Shown here one piece after another: positions 11,826-25,279 of a stretch of DNA of 64,000 bases. Both the position numbers and the translations under genes were made by a program. This DNA comes from Lama glama. Lineage: Eukaryota. Numbering within the stretch: position 1 is the first letter of the stretch; every line of letters begins with the position of its first letter. The stretch spans positions 87,484,001 to 87,548,000 of the forward strand of contig CM052817.1 in NCBI GenBank assembly GCA_028534125.1, read 5' to 3'. A model generated the notes under the pieces. That model saw only the letters and a program-made list of their open reading frames with translations. It ran no database searches and was not told where the DNA came from.

Positions 11826-12720
11826 ATCCATCCACTCATTCAAAAATTAATACTGACTGTGACATTCAAGTTCTCAGCAGTAAAGATAAGTTGGTTAACA
11901 AGATAGATTATTTCCCAAGAAATAAGTAAATAAACAAATGAACCCAAAATCATTAATTATGATGCACTTAGTTTGAAAAAAAAAAACAAAAAGGAACCAT
12001 GACACATGCTACTTTTACTTTTCTTTTTGGAAGTAGAAATCTAATTTTGGTAGAATTTTAGGAATGACTTCTCACAGAAGGTGACTCCGCTGAAATATGA
12101 AGTTAAGGATAACTAAGGAGTAAAAATCAGAGTTGTTAAAGGCAAAAAAAAAAATCCCTGAAGAAGGAGGATATGAAAGTCTCTGATGACCTGACTGGTG
12201 ACAGATGAGTTCAGGAGGTAGGCTAGGTTGAAACAAAAAAGTTGGATTTTATTAACACTGAAGTAGGAGGTATATGAAGGAATTAACCAAGTGGTGTGAT
12301 CTGATTTTTCTCTTTTGCTTACACTCCCTGGAGAGTGCAGAACTGATTGACAGATGCATGAGACATAAGGCCTGCAAGTGGTGAAATGGTGACATCTTCA
12401 CCATGGAGAGAATGGGCACACATTTTGAAGAGCTAATCAACAGTGCTTGCTGTTCTCTTACACGTAGGAGGTGAGGAACGAGAAAGAATCAAAGATATAT
12501 ATAGCTTTTGACTTAAGCCGCTGAATACCTAGTGGTGTCATTTAGTGAGAAAGTGAAACTGATGGAGGAGAATCTATTGAATCCATAATAAATCAAAGAT
12601 TCAGCTGTGGACCTGTTAAGTCTGAGATGTCTGTGAGATACCTAAGAAGAGGTCTCATGTGAGAAATTGGGTATGTGGGTCTGGAGTGTAGAGGAAACAC
12701 TTGATATGGATATAGATCTA
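11826..12720 (-). mobile_element. L2 3' portion
   Basis: Starts 'catccatccactcattcaaaaatt' (antisense L2 tail). Contains 'tggacctgttaagtctgagatgtctgtgagatacctaag' and 'tatgtgggtctggagt'. Confidence 0.8.
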
Positions 12721-12739
12721 AACAGAGCTAAAGACATAG

Positions 12740-12920
12740 AACTAGATATGCATGTACACATGTATACATATATCTACTTTCACATAAATTTAAAAATATG
12801 TATGTGTATGTACATTAGATATCTGTATGTGGACGTGTGTGTATATATAGGTATATACACTTATGTATACATATGCATGTATGTATAAGTATGTGTATGT
12901 ATGTATGAGAATGCATGTAT
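12740..12920. repeat. Degenerate (TA/TG/TATG)n low-complexity tract
   Basis: Alternating purine-pyrimidine runs such as 'tatgtatgtgtatg'. Confidence 0.85.
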
Positions 12921-13999
12921 TTTGCAAGCATAATGTCATCATCCAGATGGTATTTATGTCCATGAGAGCAAATGAGATTTTCTGTCATATTTTTATATCT
13001 CCTCCAATATTTCCATCTCTGTGCAGCTATTGACCATTGTAACATTTTTATAACACTAATAGTTTACCTCGTATATAGTTTACCATAGATATATTTGTTG
13101 TCTCATGTGTTAACAAGATTCTTTGGGGAACGTTTGATGTGCTGTTCTTTTCTGTATCTTCTACATTGCTTAAATTATATGTGTGTGTGCTTTCTGTGCT
13201 ACATATGGTTGAGTTAAGTGTCCTGAAATTTTCAGTCTTAAGCCTCTGTCAAATACTATATATCTTTTCTGCTATATTTGTTGAACATTGCTTTTTTAAT
13301 ATTAATTTATTAACATTAACACAGCTATAAATGTGGGCATTCTGGACACACACTCTATTTTCTTCTCCCCAAAAGCAAGATTTTTGGTGAAAGACTAAAA
13401 AAGTGTTTGTGATCTTTACTGCTATAAAACAAACACAACAACAACAACAAAACCCTGTTTCATCCAATGCTTTAGAGTTCAGAGGAGGGAATAGGAAGTT
13501 TCACAATACTGGGCAAATCAAAGAGCCGTGGATAGAACTATAGGCCTGGGATAGAGGGGGCTAACACACACAGTACAGTGAGATAAACAAGATACATTTT
13601 TCGAGTAAGTAGATTAGCAATAAAATGGAAGCTGTAAGTTGTTTCTCTCTGAGCAGTGTGTACATGTTTTCATCTCCTACCTAAAAGGTCTATCCCAAGG
13701 ACAAAAATAAGTCCTATAACCTTTCTGGGTTTTTTTTGTTGTTGTTCTATAACCAACCTCCTTGCCTTCTACTTTTCTCCTTCATCATTCCATTAATTTC
13801 ACTTATTTTCTCATACCTGTTTATTCCCTTGGAAGGCTGTTTTAAATATAAAACAGCCTATTTTCAAGTATTCTTCAATTTCCCTTTATCAGGTTTCTAA
13901 TTATGTGACATGTAGAATTTGATCATGCTTCTGCAATCAATTAAAGTTTCATCTTTACCTAAATTACATAGAACATCACTAGGTAAACGCTTATGAAGG

Positions 14000-14072
14000 G
14001 GAAGGAAAGAAAAGGAAAGAAAAGAAGAAAAGAAAAAAAGGAAAGGAAAGGAAAAGAAAGAAAAGAAAAGAT
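14000..14072. repeat. Polypurine (GAAAA/GGAAA)n tract
   Basis: About 70 nt of A/G only. Confidence 0.9.
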
Positions 14073-14514
14073 AGAGGTTCACATCTTCAAGACTAAAAAA
14101 ATATTATGAACTGTAATCATGAAACTACTTATCTAAAATCCATTAGAAATGCAATGATTTAAGATGATGATAACTAATTTGAAACAACCCCTCCCACTTT
14201 AGATAAGTAACTCTAAAGTGAAAGCTTACACAAACATCTCCATGCTCATGCCAAGCAAAGAAATTATTTGAATTAGTTTAGCCATGTTCATGCATTCTAC
14301 TTTCCTAATCAAGGCATAACATATTCTCTAAACTTTTCCATAAATGGAATAATAAGCACCAAAAGCGTGTGCATAAAAATAACAGATGTAGGCTGCTTTC
14401 TCTTCTGGTTAATATCACCTGTGGATGTGTCACACACTGTGTACTTAAAAGGATTTAAAAAGAAAGTGGTTATTTAAAAAGGAAATAAAACCACCGTTAC
14501 TAAGACATGAGCTT

Positions 14515-15750
14515 CTCTAACACCATATACAAAAATAAACTCAAAATGGATTAAAGACTTAAATGTAAGACTGGATACTATAAACCTCCAGAAGAAAACA
14601 TAGGCAGAATACACTTTGACATAAATTACAACAATACTTTTTGGATCCGTCTCCTAAAGTAAAGGAAATAAAAGCAAAAATAAACAAATGGGACCTAATT
14701 AAGCTTAAAAGCTTTTGCACAACAAAGGAAACCATCGACCGAACAAAAAGACAGCTACTAAATGGGAGAAAATATTTGCAAATGATATGACCTATAAAGA
14801 ATTAATATCCAGCATATATATACAGCTCATACAACTCAACATCAAAAAACAAACAACCCAAGTAAAAAATGGACAGAACTGAATAGACATTTTCCCAAAG
14901 ACAAAATACAAATGGCCAACAGGTACATCAGAAGATACTCAACATCCCTAATACTCAGGGAAATGCAAACCAAAACCACAATGAGATATCACTTCACACC
15001 TGTCAGACGGCTATCATCAAAAGAACACAAATAACAAATGTTGGTAAGGATGTGGAGAAAATGGGATCCCTGTACACAGTTGGTGGGAATGTAAATCAGT
15101 GCAGCCACTATGGAAATCAGTATGGAGGTTTCTTAAAAAACTGAAAACAGGACTACCATATGATCCAGCAATTCCATTTCTTGGTATGTATCAAAAAGAA
15201 AAAAAAATAGTAACATTAATTGGAAAAGATATATGCACCAGTGTTCATAGCAGCATTATTTACAATTGCCAAGATATGGAAGCAACCTAAGTGTCTATCA
15301 ACAGATAAATGGATAAAGATGTGTTTTATATATATGTGTATATATATACACACACACATACACACACATTCATAATGGAATACTACTCAGTTATAAGAAA
15401 GAATGAAATTTTGCCATTTTTAGCAACATGGATGGATGTGCACAGCATTATGCTAAATGAAGTACTTTAGATAGAGAAAGACAAATACTACATGATATCA
15501 CTTATATGCGGAATCTAAAAGATACAACAAACTAATGAATACAACAAAAAAGGATATTCATAGATATAGAGAACAAACTAGTGGTTACCAGTGGGGAGAA
15601 GCAAAATAGGGGTGAATGAGTGGGAGGTACAAACTCTTTAGTGCAAGATAGGCTCCAAGAGCTACTGTAACAACATGGGAATTACAGCCAGTTATTGTAA
15701 TAACTGTAAATGGAAAGTAAACTTTAAAAACTGTGTAATTTTAAAAAAAT
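14515..15750 (+). mobile_element. 5'-truncated L1 (ORF2 C-terminus and 3' UTR) with TSD
   Basis: Encodes [18 protein letters not shown] and [15 protein letters not shown]...YDPAIP with frameshifts. TSD acatgagctt at 14505-14514 and 15751-15760. Confidence 0.95.
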
Positions 15751-16039
15751 ACATGAGCTTGCTCTATTGCTCAGCATTAAAATTAAAAAAAAACGAAAAG
15801 AGAAAATATTAGAAAGATTGTCATGGCGGGCTAATGTTGGTTAGTCTTCTGGAAAACAGAATTATTCATAGTTGTGAAATTCTGATAAAATAGAGACTCC
15901 AGTGACAGTAACATATCCACTGTAGTCCCAGAATTAGTAGGCTGAATTTTCTATATAGAGACAGCCTTTCAAGCACTTATCTTAAACTTTTTTGCATCTT
16001 CTAAAGGTGACTAACAATGCTTGAATATGTGTTTGCGTG

Positions 16040-16140
16040 TGATAATTTTCCCTTAATTCATAGAGACATAGATAAAATACCACCCTATTGAGTTGTTGGA
16101 TGTGATAACAGCTAAGATCCATGGAAAATCACAGTAATTC
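16040..16140 (+). mobile_element. MIR fragment
   Basis: 'gataaaataccaccctattgagttgttggatgtgataa' resembles the MIR 3' half. Confidence 0.4.
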
Positions 16141-18479
16141 TAAAATTTAATATTAAATAGATTTTATGAAATGATTTATATGTGTGATAGTTATTCCATT
16201 GACAGGTTTTCAGTAAAGTTAAACTATAAGAAAAAAATATGTATTAGTGAAATGATCAGAAAGATATAATTAATCAAATGAATATAAAACATGGTATTAG
16301 TTTTATTTTTCACTTTTCTGTTTTCATTAGAAGTTGTTTTTAACCTGCAGATTTGCTATGCTTCAAATATTATAATGAGATCATTTCATACTGAATATTG
16401 CTAGAAATAATATCTTCAACTATGAAGAAAAATGCATGTGGTTCTCTATAGTGTTTCAGAATATATGGGAAAATATTCTTTGTCCTTATATTTGCATCTG
16501 TTTTGAATTATGCAGTGTGAGTTAAAAATCAAGATTTGATCTCTTATGTCTACCTTAACTACTTTTATCAGGTGGCATAATTCAGAGGAGAATCTAAGAG
16601 GTGTCCTTCAAGAATCTGTCACCTCTCAGATGTCACCTTATACAGTTTTGCTGTTATACCCAGAGCAATGTCTCTCTTTCACTGGTAATTTGCATTTGGC
16701 CCTCTAACAGGCATTGATTTTCACTTCTGTTCCCAATACAGGAGTAAGACTTGGAATGTCTAAGTTGTGTTTGATATTTCATTTGGGAGTTCTATTCTTT
16801 CATTGCCACTAAAATCTATTTTTCAGAGGCATACAGTTAATACTTCAGAGTAAGTCTAAGATCTTTAATGTTTTAATTTAGGAGTGAAAGGTACTATGAT
16901 AGTTAACTTGGCTTATGCAATAGGAAGGGGTCATCCAATCTTTTTGACTAATAAAACATCATCATTTTATATCACAGATAGCTTCAAAAATTATATTTAC
17001 ATAAAAACTATAGAAAGTTACAGAATAAAGGGACAGAGATTAAATTCTGAAAAGCTATTTTTCCTTTTAAGAATACTTCTCTTAATTTGTAAGAGTTAAT
17101 AAAAAGTATAATACATTGAAAATAAGCTTGAGATATTAAATATAAATAATTCATGTTTAGTCTGCATAGAACTACACATATTATTAAAACACATCTAGTA
17201 AGTTTCCATAAGGATGTCAGCGGTCATTACACACAAAGTATCACACAGGAGATTGAGAAATGTTATTTACAGCATATATCTCCGTAACTTCTGCAAAAAG
17301 ACATATGTGCTAATTTCTAAGGCAAGATCAAGGGACTACTCCTTTTATGAGTCAGATTTTAAAGCAAGTCTTTTTTGTATCTATTATAGATCATTTAATT
17401 TATTCTGATTTAAGTGTACAGATGTCCAATACTCATTTAAAATGTATATTCCTTAAAGTCTCAGACTAGATTTATGAGAAAAAACTTGGAAGCAAAAATA
17501 GATATTAGGAAGGACTATTACTCTCCTCTCAAAGGCTGATGAAAGTAAGACTTAACTAAATAGGATTAGAAGCAGAGTGTTTTTAAATAGATGTGTTAGC
17601 ATGGTTTTTATATGTTCTTCTAAAATCACAATGCTATTCTACTCCCACCTGCTTGGTAGAAACGTTTTAAAAAATTTATAAAACACAAATAAGCTTTAAA
17701 AGAACCTGAATAAAATGACATACAGTTCTAATTCCCATCAGAGTCCCTAATGATGCTCATTACAACTCTAACTGCATTTTAATGCCGAAATATAATGCCT
17801 CTATTCATCATCAGAATGGAATACGGATGCTGACAATTGATGAAACTTAATAATAGAAGAGTTCACAAAATTCGAAACTCTGTGTATATTTTCAGCTTGA
17901 AAGGAAATGTGTGATGGATGTCGATCGGCTCCAAGAAAAGTGAAATGACACTTCTGAAAGAGGAAATAAAGATAAAGGGCTCTAAAAAGGTTCAGTGACA
18001 TCTCTCACTTTAGCAAACAGGCATAAGACAGGGTGAAACCCTTTCTGACAAAATTAAAAAGGAATAAGAGGAAAGTCTTATTAGATTACTTTTCATTTTA
18101 AAGAGGTTATTAAAAACCAAGTTGTACTAATCCTAAATTCTCAGTCATTTTCTAATCTCTCTTAGAAGCCACCTTTGTTTGTATTTCGCATCTTATGTAC
18201 GTGTGTAGTTCTTTCCTTTTTGAAGAAAAAGGAGTTTCTTGTTTTTTGTTTTTTTTAAATAGGATAGTGGGTTTTGAAATAGGATTCAGACATGTGGACC
18301 AGTACTAGTCTCAGGCCCAGAGAAATCAAAAGGTTACTAAAGGTCATAGGGATAATTTATTTGATTTTCTCTGTTCTAATAAAGGGAGAATTGTTTTGTG
18401 ACTCCACTACAAGGCTGAGTGAGATCACATTTTGATTCTCTCACAGCTAGGAAGTGAAAATCTTAAAGTTTTGCTGCTA

Positions 18480-20740
18480 AGTTATAATTGATAAATGTTC
18501 ATTATAGGCAATTTTGTAAATACAGACGCTACTAAGAACCAAATAAATATCACTCGTGATCCCCAGCGCAGAGATAATCTTTGGCGAGTTCTAGAAGGAT
18601 CTTCCCATTACTTTTTGGTTTGTATTGAGCTGATCTCTTTAATCTGTTCTGCAGTGTTTTTTTTTTTTTCCCAACTTTACATTGCGAACATATTTTTTCT
18701 GTTAATGTGCAAATTTCAAGAAAGCCTCATATTATTTGATAAAACCCTACTGAAACAAATAGTAACATTCAAAATATAAAAATCTATCCCCAAATTTGTC
18801 TTTGTCACCATGATGTGATTGATATGTCACAGAGCCTGTGGGAATGTTTAGTCTTTGATGTTTTACAAAATCCCTCTGTGAAACTATCTTGGCTTTGTCC
18901 TTTTTTGGGGGAGGGGTAATTTCTTCATTACCCTATTTTTTTTTCTGTGCAAATTTGACAGTATAAGCTTTCTGTGGGGTAATTTTGATCAACTCTATTT
19001 CCCTAGGGAATTATTCATTTCATCTAGGTTTTCAAAAGTATTTGGATCGGCTTGCAAAGTAGCCTCTTGTGATTTAAAAAAAAAAGTTATCTGCTTAAAT
19101 GGTCATTTTCCCTTTACCATCTCTTTACTCTGTCTCTTGGTCTCTGTCTCTGTTTCTGTCCCTCTCTCTCTTTTCTTGATCAAATTAAATAATAATTAGG
19201 TCAAAAACCTAGGGTTTTAATATATATATTCATTAAATTTTTTATTCTCTAACTTACTAATTTCTGCTTTTTCTGTACTATTTCCTTTCTTGTGTGTCCT
19301 TTCAATTTACTTTGCTGTTCTATTTCTAGTTCTTTGAGCCGAGAATTTAATTCATTTTCATGCTTTCATTTTTAATGACAAAAATATATGTAGAGCTGTA
19401 CTGCCCTGTTCATTGTTTAAAATCCCATAAATTATACTGTTTTCATTAATCTAGTATTTCAGTTGTGTTTTTCCTATTGTTGACTGAAATAAATGCACAG
19501 ACTAAAAGTTGACAGTTACGTTTTATTTGGTGGGAGGACTCGAGCCACGATGACAGCCCCTCAGATCGCTCTGAGGGACTGCCCCGAAGAGGTAGAGGAG
19601 AAGCTAGGATATGTAGAAGCTTTACAACAAAGACTAGGTAGTTGGAACAATAAAAGATTACTTGTTACCTAAAGAAAACCAGGCATCTCAAGTTCAAGAA
19701 TTTAGTGCTTTTCTATGTATGGGAGGAAGTAAACATTTGGGCTCACTGAATTCATTCCTTTGACAAGCCCCTAGCTATCTAGGGCCAGTATCCTGTCCTT
19801 TCTTATTCTGAGTCCCCTCAGAGGGCACCATAGTGAGTGGCTGCAGAGGCTGGGCTGCAGGTCTGTCCTCACTGGGGGGGTGGCGGCAGCCGCTAATGAC
19901 TTGGTTTCAGCATTCTTTGTTTGCTGATATGGTTGCAGTATTTTCATTCACACTATCATCCAAGATTTTTAATAGAATCCATTTCTAATTCTGACTTATT
20001 TTTTTTCCAATTGTTATTTTTTTCACAGTTTATCTGTATTTTGTAATCTTTCTAGTGACACATCAAGGTTATCAAAGACTAAGACCCTTCATTTCTAATA
20101 ATTTATGTGACCACCATCCATATCATGGGAAATTCAAATAACTTTGCTCATAAAGTAATTTTGAATGATTCTAATAATAAAATGCTTAACTTGCTTTGCT
20201 ATTTTGCTTTCCAATTTTTTTATATAAACTAACCATTTGAGTCTAATATCTATTTTCTGCTTCTATTTTTCTTCTATATTAATGATTTATTAATTCCTAA
20301 TATTTTGAAAGCTCCAGAAACAGTTCTCAAACTATATTTGTATATCTTACTTATATTTTATAGTATATGTTTATATATTTATAATATATATTTATATTTT
20401 TTAAAATATCTTGCTGCCTAGCCCAGGGATTTCAACTGTTTCCTTTCACCTTTCAGTCTGGTGCCATGCATGTTATCTCTTGGAATTTCATCCATAAAGA
20501 GTAGCTTATGTTTAACTCCAGATATTCATGCACACATTATTTTAATTTCAATAATCTTACTGGTAATAAATTTTGGGAAACTTAAGTTATAAAATAACTA
20601 ACTTTGATGTTGATTATTATTCAAGCTTGAAGAAATGTTATAAATATCTTATTTCCCTTTTTCCACAACTGTATTACTTCAATTTTTCCTTTTTTTTTTT
20701 GAAAGCCATCTTGAACTCAGGAGTCTACTCACATTTACAT
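18480..20740 (-). mobile_element. Old L1M (L1ME/MD-like) antisense remnants, interrupted by an ERV1 LTR
   Basis: 'ccctctgtgaaactatcttggc', 'ttcatttcatctaggttttcaaaag', 'taatttctgcttttt'. T-rich throughout. Confidence 0.6.
19478..19952 (-). mobile_element. Young MER41-like ERV1 solo LTR (475 bp)
   Basis: TG...CA termini and a perfect 4-bp TSD ctat (19474-19477 / 19953-19956). Minus-strand AATAAA near 19521-19527. MER41-like motifs 'gatcgctctgagggactgccccgaagagg' and 'ttttctatgtatggg'. Confidence 0.9.
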
Positions 20741-21965
20741 TTGCCTCACATGCAGTGAAAGGAATTCAATACTACAAAATAGACTCAGACCTACAGAGTG
20801 TTGAACAAGATCTGATCTAAAAATTCTAAGTTTGTTGACTATTTTGTTTTTCACCTTGGTGTATAAAGATACTATAGCTGTAAACATCCATTCTACACCA
20901 TTTTCTTGAACAATAAATTCACTTACAATGCAAAGTAATATAAAAGTTGGAGTTAACAAGACACTTCAGTTGAAGTGATGATTTTAAATTAGTTTAAAAC
21001 ATTAATTAAATTTTAGCCAGCTATAGAAACATATTACAGTTTTCTTAGCCTAAGGATGATATATGTCTACCTTATGCTTACAATAACAGATTTTTCCATC
21101 ATTTGCCAAGTTACTAAAAAATATGTTTGGATCATTCAGAGGAGACATTTCAGCAATAAATTACTATTAATAAATGATATTAAAAGCAGCATTAAAAAAT
21201 AATGTTACATATAAATTAAAGTGGCAGATCCTGAGGTAATAGACAAAAAGGTAAATAATTCCATTAATCTCATTAGGAAAATATAAATTATAAACTGCTT
21301 ATGAGAAAATAGAACACCGAATTTTATTCTGTACATTCCTTTAGTTCCTGGACACAATAATTGCTAACCTCTTAAAAAAAACTTCTAGATAAAAGAATAG
21401 GGGGAATTAAAAACAATAATATTACACATAAAAACTAAATTAGCATTTTGCAGTAGAATCACCATTATTTAAGAAAATTTACAACCACTTAAAATTTGTT
21501 ATTTCAAGGTAACACTTTTATTTCAGAACAGATTGTTTTTCCAACTTTATCCATATTCTTGGTAAACTTATTTCAATAAACATGTTTTTACTTTTTTATC
21601 TTCTTTACCTAATTACCTTCAGCTTTTAAGAGAGATCTGTATTACAGAGCTTGATAATACACTCCAGATGTCTTCCATCTGACGAGATTCTTCTGAATGT
21701 GTAACAGTCTTAACAGTTTTCTGTTACCTCTCAGAGAACAGTTTCATAAAGTGAAGTACTACTCAGTCTGGTATTATTAAATAGCCATAGATCGGAAGGA
21801 ACTTAAAAATACTCATAATAATATGTTATCTGCAAACAAATACATATATTTATAGCAATGTATTTATTTCTATCATCATGTAAAACTCCTCTCTGAAGAA
21901 AAATAACATGACTATAAAATGATGATGTTCAGGTAGTAGATAGAACATTAAGTAGGTCATAAACG

Positions 21966-22288
21966 TGTTAAATTAATTAAGCAAGGAGTCTGGTAGATGG
22001 CGGTGGCTCTAATGTCATGGAAGCCTGCGTGAACAAATGAAAACCTGCGAATACTTAAGCGCTATGAAATCGAAACCTAGGACAACCAATCACAAGCAGC
22101 CAATGAGGCATAAGCTGCAGCCAACCAATACTTTCCTCACCTTGCTCCAGCCTTTTCTCTATAAAAGCCTCTCCTTGAGCTCCTGATGGCGGAGTGTTTC
22201 CAGCCACCTCAGTATGGTGTTGCCTGATTAGAATGGATTTATGCTCAAACTCTTAAAAACTTTAATATGCCTCAGTTTATCTTTAAAA
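21966..22288 (+). mobile_element. ERV1 (MER4-group-like) solo LTR
   Basis: Starts 'tgttaaattaatt', has three CCAAT boxes and TATAAAA at 22160-22166, ends 'cctcagtttatctttaaaa'. Confidence 0.8.
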
Positions 22289-22689
22289 ACTTCATTCCAC
22301 GTATTCTCTCTACCTACTGCTGGTGGTCACACACTGCATCCTTGGTCTACTATAACTCTGAAACGCAAATCACTGGCAGCTAGGCACGTCAGTAGTGTGT
22401 CGTCTTCATAGATTTTCAGTTTTCATGAATCACCCCCCAATATTAATTTTATCCTAGTTGTCTATTTCATTATGTGATTTTTTTCAGTAAATAATCATCA
22501 TCATCTTATCTTGCCACTCTCCGTGTTATGCAGAGAAAAGAAGATGAAAAAAGGCTGGTCTTAATCTAGTTGAGGTTGAAAACTATTATAGCAATAAACC
22601 AAGTGTGTTTGAGGAGCAGCAAATCAATGAATTTAAAAGTTGGGATCATGTCTTTTCACTTCTAAAATCCCTCAAAAGCTAATAAAAGC

Positions 22690-23190
22690 ATCCAAATCCT
22701 TATGAAATCCTGAGTCACGAAAACGCTATCTGACGGTCCCAGTGTCTACCACCTCCCATCGTTCCCTCTCCTTCAGCCACGCTGGTTTCCTTGTGCTTTC
22801 TTAAGCACCCAAGCATAATCCTGCCACAAGGTGTTTGCACTGGTTATTTCCTCTAAGGGAAATTTTCTCCCCCTACACACCCCTTGGCCAGCTTCCAAGC
22901 TTCAGTCAGGAGTCTGCTTACAAGTCTCCCCTTCTCACCAAGAGCTCCTTTCAGATCCCTGTGTAAACCTGCACTCCTACTCATGCCAATCCTTTCACTC
23001 TACTGCTTGTTCTTCAATGCATTTATCATTTATTGACATTACAGAGTCTTTATTAATAGTGAGGCCCGTGAGACTGTAAGCTCCTTGAAGCCAAGGATTT
23101 TGTCAGTTTTGTTTATTATTGTATTCCCAGGGCCTAAAGCTTTTCTTTGCAAAATGTAAGTACTCAGTACACTTTTTGAATAAACAAGTG
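22690..23190 (+). mobile_element. L2a 3' end
   Basis: 'ttcagccacgctggtttccttg', 'gactgtaagctccttgaagccaaggatttt', tail 'tactcagtacactttttgaataaac'. Confidence 0.85.
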
Positions 23191-24717
23191 GGTTATTAAT
23201 TACTTATTTTAGTGACCTTCTTGGTAGCCAATACAATAAAATAATTTGAAATAAAAGTTGGATATCTTCAGAGTAAGTCAGAAGATCAAAGTGGGTTGAA
23301 GGGTAAACATATAGACATGAGGTTCTCACACTGACAGTTGCGGGGACATTACAGGATTGGAAAATTACAAAATTTATTTTGTAAAACTTTAAATTTGATG
23401 GATAGTAATAAAGTACTTATGCCATAAAAACAACTCAGGATTAACTTTTTGAACTTTCAATTAAGTAAAGATAAGCAAATTCGAGTGTCAAACTATAGTG
23501 GGCAAATCCTTCACAAAAATACACGGAAGCCTGAACAATCCTCCCACACGATCTGTACCTCATGTCATTTTCAGACAATAAATCTCATTCTGGGTATTAT
23601 ACATTTTCAGTAACTTATTACTAATTCAGAGACTGAGGGGAAAATGTCCACCATCTTCTAAAGTAGTATCTTTATCAACTCTACCAGGATATCTGCAATG
23701 TTTCCCTGAGAGCATCAGGACACCTTTTGGCAAACATCTCATACACTTCATTTATCTCTAAGTAGGGATCCTGCTTAGCCTTGAGGTTTTTCGAAACTAA
23801 AGAAATAAATATCAAGTCAATAGAAAATGTATAAATATATTTTTGTCAAATTGATCTTACATTTTAATAACACATTTAAGATCACATTTGGTATCCAGCA
23901 ATTTTAGTGAAGCTCTATATTCTTATGCAGATTATGTAAAAATGCTACTTGCATAACATTCTGGGAAGGAGATTTAGAAAGTGTTATCTTTTAAAGATCA
24001 TTTAAATATAAGACTATGGAGCAATTATCCATGGATGCTTAAAACATCAGATGGTGGAAAAATCACCTCATCCTGTTCAATGGGGAGCAATCTGGTGGCA
24101 TGCAGGGTGTATTGTAATTGTTTTATTATTTTTAGTTGAGGAGAAAATGCTTGTGAGAATTTGATTACCTGCCCAAGCCTATATAAACAGTTATCAAGAA
24201 GAAAAAAATACACCTTGGCAAATGCTGCCTATTTGTCAAGGGAGTACTTACATTCAGTTTGTGTATGATGTTTGAAGACAATTTAAATTTAGAATCTTGG
24301 AGATTCTTGACATACTTTTTAAGATTCAAAGATTACATGAAAGGACTCAAAAGAAACTCACGTTGCCTCCACTAAACAGCTGAACATCAGACTTGAGAAA
24401 GAAAGGGGGAAAAAAAGAATTTTTATTCTCAAGCTGCTATATCTTTGAAATAACTTACAAACAACAAATGGAAACCACTTTTGCAATATTTTACTCTTTG
24501 CAGACCAATCAAATACATCGGAATAGCAAAAAAGAAAAAAAAAAAGGAAGGAAGGAAAGAAGGAAGGAAAAAAGAAACCCTATGTTCCAAAAATGTTTTC
24601 TTTTTTTAGACTATATATTCATAATTCAGCTTTGGAGTCTGCTCCCTGTCTTAGCTCCTCTAAACATATCTAGAATGACTGTGAAAATGCATTCTCAGGG
24701 GTTGGAAAAGGTCTCTG

Positions 24718-24790
24718 CAACATTTATTCATTTAGCAAGTACTTGGATGCCTACCTAGTGCCTGGCATCCTTCTTAGGCCTGTAGATTAC
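24718..24790 (-). mobile_element. L2 3' tail fragment
   Basis: 'catttattcatttagcaagtacttggatgcctacctagtgcctggca'. Confidence 0.6.
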
Positions 24791-25279
24791 ATTCTGAAGG
24801 GTTTTGGTCTGCCATCTTATTTTCGTCTCATTTTTCCAACTTCATGACTTCTGTTATTTCCATTTGATCCTATTGTTTCTTTTTATATCATTGCTCCTAA
24901 CTGAGAAACCAATTTGGACTTAATATCTTTGTTTTGTCATCAGCAATCTTGATGAAAATAATGACTAGATCGACTTCTTTTTAAGCTTCTGCCAGATAGG
25001 AAGAGGCTCAGAAATGCATTTAATTATCCTAAATAGTATTATTATTTTTTTTTGTCACCTGGAAAAATATATGTATTCATTAAATTCTGAGGCTTTCAAC
25101 ACTTATAGCAGTCTTACATGCTCCATACTATTTAAAAAGGAGGTTTAAGAACAGCAATCTGCTTGCAAGGGGAGACTAGGGGATTTACCTTTAACTTTAA
25201 CCTCATTTGCCTCCTATCAAGTGCATGGACACAGAGTACTAGAACGATTTTATATAAATATAATGTAATGTTTACTACA

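Noticed and set aside
15099..15290. 63-aa ORF as a gene
   Set aside because: It is the L1 ORF2 C-terminal region of a truncated, frameshifted element.
24393..24758. 121-aa ORF
   Set aside because: TTG start, runs through A/(GAAG)n repeats and into an L2 tail, with no recognisable domain.
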